This document shows positions 55,638 to 64,000 of a stretch of DNA of 64,000 nt, piece by piece; positions within the stretch are counted from its first letter, which is position 1, and each line of letters begins with the position of its first letter. The translations under genes were made by a program, and so were the position numbers. Source of the stretch: Octopus sinensis (taxonomy: Eukaryota); the NCBI RefSeq assembly GCF_006345805.1, contig NC_043005.1:30132001-30196000 (forward strand), read 5' to 3'. A model generated the notes under the pieces. The model was not told the origin of the DNA. It worked only from the letters and a program-made list of their open reading frames with translations, and did no database searches.

Positions 55638-57049
55638 TTCCACTACCATAAGATATCTCCCAGACAGCAATACTTTACAACTCACAGAGGCAAAGAGAAA
55701 GATTAACTATATACGCATTTCTGGTTTGAAGAGATGTAAAAAAATGTAAAATCATATTTCTACTCACTTATTCCCTTCATCAGTATATCATTTCAATTTT
55801 AAATTTAAGAGCACTGATAATTAACGTATGTTAATTATCAGTGCTCTCAAATTTAAAATTGAAATGCTATACTGATGAAGGGAATAAGTGAGTAGAAATA
55901 TGATTTTACATCTTTTTTCATCTTTTTAACCCAGAAATGCATATATAGTTTATCAAAGCCGGGTGGATTCATTATTTTTTCTCTTTGCCTGCATGAGTTG
56001 TAGAGTATTGCTGTCTGGGAGATATCTTATGATAGTGGAATAGTATTTAACTACTACTTCTAAATTTCGGTATGTGGTGAAGCAAAGTTTGCTGAACCCT
56101 AATTATAATTATGCTTATATTTAGAGAATTTATACACACACATATATAATGTGAATTGTGTAAAAAACCTCATTCTGCACATCTTTAGTCATGAAGATAA
56201 AACATCAAAATTTATGGCAGAGGGTAAAAGAGGAGCAGATAAATCTCCAAGGAATTACCACAGTGACCAGAGCAAACAACACTTGTCTCTCCAATGCATT
56301 GCTAGTCTCTGCACTTACCACAGACTTCACACTGAATCAGTAAATGGGTGTGCTTATGGACTGATTCAACAGCTGTAAATTGATGCAGCTGGTGCAAGGT
56401 CACACCACTTGCACACTATATATACATTTTGCTGTATATAAAGAGATTCACTGCAAGCTTATAGGTTAAGTCTTCATATTTGATTCTTCATTGCCCACAA
56501 GGGGCTAAACATAGAGGGGACAAATAAGGACAGATAAAGGGACTAAGTTGATTACATCAACCCCAGTGGCTACTGGTACTTATTTAATCGACCCCAAAAG
56601 GATGAAAGGCAAAGTCGACCTCAGCGGAATTTGAACTCAGAACATAGCAGCAGATGAAATACCACTAAGCATTTCACCTGGCGTGCTAACGATTCTGCTT
56701 GTATTACTTCACTTTTCTGTCGATAATAGATATTTAATCTCTCTCTGGAGAAGTTACCTGCAAAAGACCTGTATCTTCACCAGCTTAATTGCCATGATGC
56801 CAGGTATAAGCAGTGAGTCTTTTATGGGGACATTAATACTTATCAAGTATGTTCATACATTTCACAGAGGGCATGAGAGAATCTGGAGTAAGAACGGCAT
56901 GGAAGAAGTTTACGGAGTTGTTACCTTTGTTGATAACAGGGTTTTTGTTTTGTTTTGTTTTGTCTGGTCTCCATGCAAAAGTCAAAACTGTATGAAACAT
57001 GTAAAAAGTGCTATGATGACACAAACATCTTTGTATTTTTTTTCATCAG

Positions 57050-58190
57050 TTTAGTCTGGAAGAAGAAAAGGGTTGTGTCCATGGCTTTTACAGGCCCTCT
57101 AAGACCAGTTGATGTTGCTTTTACATTGTTGTAAATTTCAGACTGTTGTCATTCCAAGAATGACTTGGAATAGTGGTTAGTGAGGAACCTAGAAGTATTG
57201 GAAACAATATGGGTAGTGGGAAGAAGAATGAGGAGTGGGCTGAGAGTGCCTGGGTGGAGATGGTATGAGAACAGCCAACTCAAGAGTAGAAGTCATAGTG
57301 GAAACAGTAAGAGAAACAAGGAGAAAAGATGGCACATTTGTGGCCCAGAGATTGGAGAAAGTTTGTGAGTGATTTTATGATAATCAGTCAAATGACACTA
57401 CTGTGGGTCACACCCGAGCTCTAGTGTTTATTGTAAGGGCTGATGTATTTACTGGTCTTTGATTGCTGGAGAGGAATGAAGGTGGTATCATATATGGAAA
57501 AAGAGGCATTGCTGAAGGTGAGGACAAGTAGGTTTTACAGCAAGAAGAGTACAGTAGGCAAAACCGAAACCTAGAACAAGAAAGTGTTGATAGAGGATAG
57601 GCCAAAGAGAACTCCACAAACACGCACAATATATATACTGTGTTCTGACAGGAAGGTAATGATTGATTGAAGAGAGCACATAGGTAGCAGTTTTGAAAGA
57701 TTTGCACATGTCAGACATGGTTGTAAACAAAGCTTGTTTGTAGGGCTGGCATGCAAATCTTGAGGTCAATAACACTGGTTTCATCAAATTTCTTGAGAGT
57801 AAGATGTCACTGGTGAGTACCATAAGTAGATATCCAGCAGATCTTACTTTACAAAAGCTGTACTGACAGTCATTAAGGTGAGAAAGAGAGTGATGGATAA
57901 TGTTAATATCAGTCTCCTTCACTTTTTGACAAATTGGAAGTGAATGAAACAACAATAGTTGGCAGTTTCAGAAGGGTTGCCATTTTCTGGAATGGGACTC
58001 ACTGTGGGACGTTTCCAAAGATTGTAATATACCCCTTGAGAAAAAGGAAAACTGAAGCATATACGGATGTAATGAGGAGTTGTGATGAAGAAGTGATTGG
58101 ATAACTTGATCAGTGCAAAGGAAATTAAAGTTTGGTTGGAAATAAGAAAGAGATCAAGGGTGCTTGGAGTGAATGTGCTGCACATTCATC
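57050..58190 (-). mobile_element. Highly degenerate CR1/Jockey-like LINE RT relic in a USP12/46 intron
   Basis: WKRPTVSPIPENGNPSETANY, NDCQYSFCKVRSAGYLL and a degenerate (Q)GSVL-P..LFLL motif, with many frameshifts. Confidence 0.65.
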
Positions 58191-58490
58191 TAAGCCAGAT
58201 AAAAGGATTCTCCATTTTGGTACAAGGCTAGAAAATTTTAGATGGAGAGGATTAGCTGATTACATCAACCCCAGGGCTTAACTGGTCCTTATTTTATTGA
58301 CCCCAAAAGAAAGAAGGCAAACTCAACTCCAGCAGAATTTTGAACTTAGAATCAGTAGAGCATTGAAAGAAATGCCACCAGGCATTTCTTCCAATGCTTT
58401 ACTGATTCTGCTAGCCAGCTGCATTTGAGCCACATGTAATGAAAAAGTGACAATGGTGATGATATTAACAATTAGAAAATAAAGACTTAC

Positions 58491-58621
58491 TGTTTCACAA
58501 TTTAAACATCTAGTTTCATTGGTTAGCGTTCCTTGGAAAATATCATGAACCCATGTTGATGCAGCCTTTGGATGGATATCAACACCTCCAACTGTTGATT
58601 TACTTCGGTTACCCTGTTTCT
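58491..58621 (-). CDS. USP46: USP12/USP46-like exon (EKQGNRSK...[22 protein letters not shown])
   Basis: Tandem acceptor aag/cag (alternative start 58624), ACA|gtaag donor, 131 bp, phase 1/0. Contains [20 protein letters not shown]. Confidence 0.93.
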
Positions 58622-58849
58622 CTGCTTTAAAACAAAACTCAAACATAATCATCTAACAAAAGCAGCCAAAGAATTTCAATTATTATACTAATAATAATGG
58701 AATTATTGTGTACAGTACACTACAACTCATCAAAGGTGCATGTGCAGTACACAGAATTATGTACGAAAGTCAGGAAAGAGAACTGTGTATGAGTAATGAT
58801 ATACATGTGTGCATGCGTATGGAGAGTGAGGGGGTATCAGGTGTAGTGT

Positions 58850-59100
58850 TAGCGAATTTCAGGAAGTATGGAGGGTTTTTTTAAAGGATGCAATGTTTTG
58901 ACAGCTAACAACTGATACAGGTAGTTTGTGAGAAAATGTTTCCGAAAGTCATGGGAGCTGTGCTGTTTTCTGACTTTGTAGGCATGCCCATGTGTGTTAA
59001 ATACATGGAGCTCAAAAAGGTGCTTAAGGTGGTTGTTGGCACGATGGTTGATAATTTCTGAACATGGCATGAATCAGAAAAAATTATTTCCTGAACATAA
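58850..59100 (-). mobile_element. CR1/L2-type LINE 3' fragment
   Basis: THGHAYKVRKQHSSHDFRKHF resembles the CR1 ORF2 C-terminus. Confidence 0.6.
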
Positions 59101-62100
59101 CATTGATGTGGGCAAACAATAACAAATAGATATTTCATTTTTATATTAAGAGGTTACATCAAAAGACTGTAGTCAACATGTTGGTAAGCTCCGATATAAA
59201 CTTACACCATATCTGTCAATTACTTCCCTTTACATGATTAGAATTCTCTATCAAATTGTGATTGATTCTATGGAAGAGCTAATCTAACTTGCTTGTGCTT
59301 CTATCTATTCCTCCATCCAAATATCCACCCACTTATATATAAATACCCGGGTCTATTTATATTAATCTAAATACCTGTTTACCTACCTCTATATCAATCT
59401 ATCAATCCATCTGTTCACTAAATAAACACGTTAGCCTGTTTATGTTTCAATACCTAGATCATTTGTTTAGTGATCTATCTACAGTGCAAAGTGGAGAAGG
59501 TGTCAGCTTCAGTATTACTCATCACCACCACCATCATCGTTTAAGATCCGCTTTCCATGCTGGCATGGGTTGGACGGTTTGACTGAGGACTGGCAGGCCA
59601 GAAGGCTGCACCAGGCTCCCATCTGATCTGGCAATGTTTCAATGGCTGGATGCCCTTCCTAATGACAACCACTCTGAGAGTGTAGTGGGTGCTTTTTACA
59701 TCCCACCAGCATGGAGCCAGTCAAGCGGCACTGGCATCAGCCATGTTCAAAAGGTGCTTTTTATGTGCCACCGGTACAGGAGCCAGTCAGACTGAGCTGG
59801 CATCGACCACACTTGCATGGTGCTTTTTATGTGTCACGGCATGGGTGCCAGTCAGGCGGGACTGCCATTGGCCATGACTACAACTTCACTTGACTTAACA
59901 GGTCTTCTGAAGCACAGCATATTGCCTGAAAATTGAAGGGTACTTTTAGACAGGCCATGTGACACTAGTATCAGCACAAAAGATACTTCTATACTATAAA
60001 TGCTAGGTTCAGTCATGTGTACCAGTGGCTTGTTTATAGTCAGTGACTCTTGTGATACCAGGTAACGGTGAATGCTATAATATTTTGATGTATATTACCC
60101 TGCTGTTGGTCTATTCAAGGCAGTGACTGTCTGTCTACCCATCTATCTATTTACCTACAGGCACAAATAAAGCACCCAGTACAAACTGTAAAGTAGTTGG
60201 TATTAGAAAGGCATCCAACCATAGAAGCCTTTTCAAAGTAGACCATGGGGCATGATGCAGTCCTTGGACCCATCAGATCATGTCAATGTGGAACAAGGAC
60301 CCTAAATGCTGATGGCCATGATATCCACCCAAGGACTACATAAGATCTGTTCATACCCCACACAATCTGCCATCACCTTTTCTCTCCTGCTAGTCATCAT
60401 ACCCTCTTCCCAGGCCACTCAATATTTACATCCATCCATCCTTTACTCTTATCATTCATCTACCTCTGTTACCACCCATCACTCACTCCACCACTCTATC
60501 ACCCTCTCATTTTAATCACTGTTTCTACCAGCACATTCTTCTTCCCTTCACTCACTTGACCTGGTTCTTCTTCTATCATTGCTCTCTCTCTCTCTCTCTC
60601 TCTCTTTTATTTATTTTCATAGCCATGTTAATAGAGCAGAAGGCAATGAGGACCCTTTCATGTTACAGGGTACAAGGTAAGCTCCTTAGTGCTGGTGCTA
60701 TGACAAAATACACCCAGTTTATTCTGTAAAGTGGTCGGCAAAGAATGGAGATAAAGTATGGCCAAGAAGACTCTTTAGTCTTGTGGAAGATGTGACAACC
60801 TCCCAAGTGATGGTGCCATAATAAAGTGTACCCTGTAAATTGGTTGGTGACAGGAAAGACACCAAGTCATAAGCATCAAGTGAAAAATGATATGTGTGAA
60901 CAAGAAACAATTCTTTGGTCCATCTAGGGGTACAGTGGCAACAAATAGGAACTGACCAGAACTGTGATGACTCATCCCACTCATGCCAGCATGGAAAGCA
61001 GATATAAAATGATGGTGATGGTGACAGTGTACAGGTATGAGCATGCATTTCAAAAGTTTGTTTTGCAACCATGTTGTTTCAGGTTCAATTCTACTGTGTG
61101 GTACCATGAACAGATGCTTTGTATAGCCTGACTGACCAATGCCTTGTGAATGAAATTTGCAACGTGGAAACTATCAAAGCACACCATATAAATTAGTGTG
61201 TGTGTGTGTGTGAGAGTGTTTGCCTCTCGGTAATTTCACACTGACATCTCTTGGAAAGCGGTGACATGGTTTTTATGTACACCATGGAATAAAGTACCTC
61301 ACTTAAAAACAAGAATTAGTTGGCTTCAAAAGGAGCATCTGGCCATAGAATGCCACCTTAAGAAGTCTCCTCTGACACATGCCAAAATGAAAAAAAGCAC
61401 ATGTAAAAACAATGTGTGTGTGTGTTCCTGATTCTCCCTGAATGAGAGTATCAATGTTTGATTGAGCTGCCTGCCTAGAGATAAGGCTATTGTTGTTGTT
61501 TAGTACCAGTTCAGTCCTGATGAAGCAGACAGTAGCAGGAGGTGAGTTGAGAGAAATGTGGCCATCAGTTTCAGCAGCTCTAGCAACTGCTTAGAGGTTT
61601 TTTCCTCATTAACTTACAGGAGAAATGGCTTACAAACAAATGAAGAAAACATGTTGTTCCCTTTTGAATGTCCTTCCCATAATTCACTTGTTATTTCAAT
61701 TTCAAGAATGTCTTGGACACTTGTATAGTCCCAGATATGATCTTCATTGTACAGTTTAAATTATGGAGTTGCATTCTTTTTCAATAAAGAAATTATTTTA
61801 ATTAAAGGTAGGTCAGGGATCACATTACAGGATGATGAAACCTGTACATGCACCAGTTCCATAGTTGAGTGGTTGGTAACTAAACTAGCTCCCCCACTTG
61901 AGTAGCCTGCTACTCTTGCAAGGAGTATGTCTAGATGCCCAGTAGGACTAAAGACAAGACTTGCTGAAAGGTGGATGTGCTCTTCGTGGGCCAATGGCCA
62001 TCCAGTTGGGGAAGTCAATGGCAAACTGCCCCAATATCTCTGCCAAGAAAACACAATGAGAAAACCAGAATCAAGTAATGCTATGGCTTCATCCACTGGG

Positions 62101-62287
62101 AGAACTCCCACTTAATCAGGCAGACTTTTGTTGTAGATCATCAATGTACAGCAAAAGTGCACGTGACAATAATGACAAATATTTCAATCTAGTTGTGCTT
62201 ATGAAACAATAAAGTCCACCACCACCACCACTGCCATGGCATGAAACTTCGATAGAGATAGTGTGAGAGAATGAGAAAATGTCTTAC

Positions 62288-62368
62288 CTTGCAACAAATC
62301 AGCCACAGTGTTTAGGAGATAGTTCAGAAATTCGTGTGCATCTTGCTGCATATAGTTATCAAACAACT
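62288..62368 (-). CDS. USP46: USP12/USP46-like exon ([27 protein letters not shown])
   Basis: tttcag acceptor, G|gtaag donor, 81 bp, phase 1/1. Contains the QQDAHEFL motif of USP12/46. Confidence 0.95.
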
Positions 62369-63978
62369 CTGAAAAACAAATACAATTACTGAAGCTTACA
62401 AACACAGATGTTAAATGATGGTGATTATATAGCTGACCTGGGTATGGCTTTAAACAACATCCAGTGGTGGGGTACCGATTTGGGAGCTCCATGGTTTTGA
62501 GCAGTGTGCATGTTGTCGCTTACAAATATCAAATAGCCTAATGTCTTTACATACATATTGTCTGTGAGGAAAATTTTCTCCTGAGACAATTTCAGCAGTA
62601 AAAGGCTCTCCCAAACCCGAGTGTACATGAATATGTTAAATACGATTGTACAGGAGTATATTTAATTCAATGCTGCTTTGTGCAACTCTGCTTATTTAAT
62701 TCCAGCTTGACCAAATTTTATTTACATGGATAAATGAGTTATTTACTATTCTTATAAATAAGAACTATCATTTATATAGAACTGTGAAAGACAAATTCTG
62801 TATTCATAGCTGATGATTCGCAATGACACAGAAACATGTCTCACATTCTGATATCATCATTCATAGCCCAGTCTGTTACCATTCATATTGAGTACAAGGA
62901 AAACTTTCTCCTGAGATTATTTGCGCAGTGAAAGGCCTTCCCACATCCAAGTACACATGTGATAAATATGGTTGTACATAACAATATTAAAGATATTTGT
63001 TGGATTTTTTACATCTGTTTTTCCATGCTATGAAGGTTTTTATGAATATATTATTAAGGCATTGTTTTACAACCAAATGTCCTTTCCATCTTAAGCCAAC
63101 CAAAACCACAAGTAGATGGAAAATGAAAGAAGCCTGCCACATGTGGCTGTGTTGTCATCTCTGTCAACAAATTGTCCACTCACTTTGTACCTTTGGAGGT
63201 GTATGAAGTAAGAGATTGTTTACTTGAAAGGCAGGTTAGGGTTAATAATAAACAAAATCAAACACACACAGGCAAGGTATTCGTGTTGTTAGCTTGTGGG
63301 TTGGTTGTGGTTTTGATCTCTTTATATACCTCAAGTTGCTTGTAATTGATATTTGAATTTTTTGCATGGCATGAATCGGTACATGCCAGCAGATGGTGCC
63401 TAATCCATTTAGCATAGAGTCATAGTCAGTGATATAGCTTGCAGCAGGCTTTGTTTGGTGTCCAGCATTGATAAGTAACAACAATGACGAAACATCGATG
63501 TCTGTTGCTCTGAGAAGGGACCTATGTGAGTTGTCTACCTTGACTATGACTTACTTTCAGGTGCTTTCTTACACCAGGTCTTTAGAGAATATATTCTCTT
63601 ATGCCTAAAAACCATAGCCAACCCATGAACTAACAACACACATACCTTGAGCAAGTGTGTTCGATTTTGTTTATAAACCTTGAGCTGCTTCCAATTCAAA
63701 TTTGAAACATAACTAGATGCTAGAGAGGAGAGAGAGAGAAAGAATACAGCACCAGAAAGGCTTGGCCAAACTGTTTCAAACCCCTCAGGTATCCCTTGTC
63801 ACAAGTTTAACGCAGTCTTACATTATATTGAATAATGTCTGTTTCCATATGAAATACTGAAAGAATTGAAATGAGATTTTTTTTTTAAAGTTATTTTCTG
63901 TTCTCATTAAATATTAATTAACAATGTCAGAAAAATATAAAATTCCTCAAGGAAAACAATATAAGAAATGGAATTTAC

Positions 63979-64000
63979 CGTTTTCTTTACGTAACCTGGT
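63979..64000 (-). CDS. USP46: USP12/USP46-like deubiquitinase, partial exon cut by the window edge (TRLRKEN)
   Basis: Minus strand reads ACC AGG TTA CGT AAA GAA AAC G|gtaaat. This matches the conserved (S/T)RLRKEN motif of USP12/46, and the phase-1 donor fits the next exon. Confidence 0.85.

Larger units (their letters stand above)
53766..56131. repeat. Large fold-back element (~280-300-bp arms, 4-nt loop) interrupted by the composite Helitron
   Basis: The left arm (53871-53962 plus 55638-55825) pairs with 55830-56131, with a one-sided extension at 53766-53870. Confidence 0.8.

Noticed and set aside
62551-62970. Diverged ~85-bp direct repeat pair ~330 bp apart
   Set aside because: It is too degenerate to call LTRs, with no TG..CA ends or TSD seen, and is probably an old local duplication.

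Overview
This is eukaryotic, AT-rich, microsatellite-dense genomic DNA. The repeat content suggests an octopod cephalopod, but that is inference and not proven. Two host genes lie on the minus strand. (1) The 3' seven coding exons of a USP12/USP46-type deubiquitinase run 64000->47932; all are spliced GT-AG and in frame, and the gene continues past the window edge. (2) The 48-bp first coding exon of a PITPNC1/RdgB-beta phosphatidylinositol transfer protein lies at 15378->15331, and its first intron apparently fills 1-15330. The ~30 kb between the genes, and the introns, are packed with mobile elements: RTE, CR1/Jockey-like and R4/Dong-like LINE relics, mariner and Tc1/maT relics, tRNA-derived SINEs, a five-unit head-to-tail Helitron array, a composite Helitron and minisatellites. 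The most unusual signal is a set of unrelated sequences all inserted as asymmetric fold-back palindromes. Two have 13-bp target-site duplications, and some carry hammerhead-ribozyme-like cores, a tRNA-like head or a Penelope-like ORF fragment; three sit in USP12/46 introns. Nearly all entries in the ORF track are microsatellite or TE artefacts. No CRISPR, rRNA or genuine tRNA genes were found. All coordinates were read by eye; exon boundaries were frame-checked and TE boundaries are approximate.
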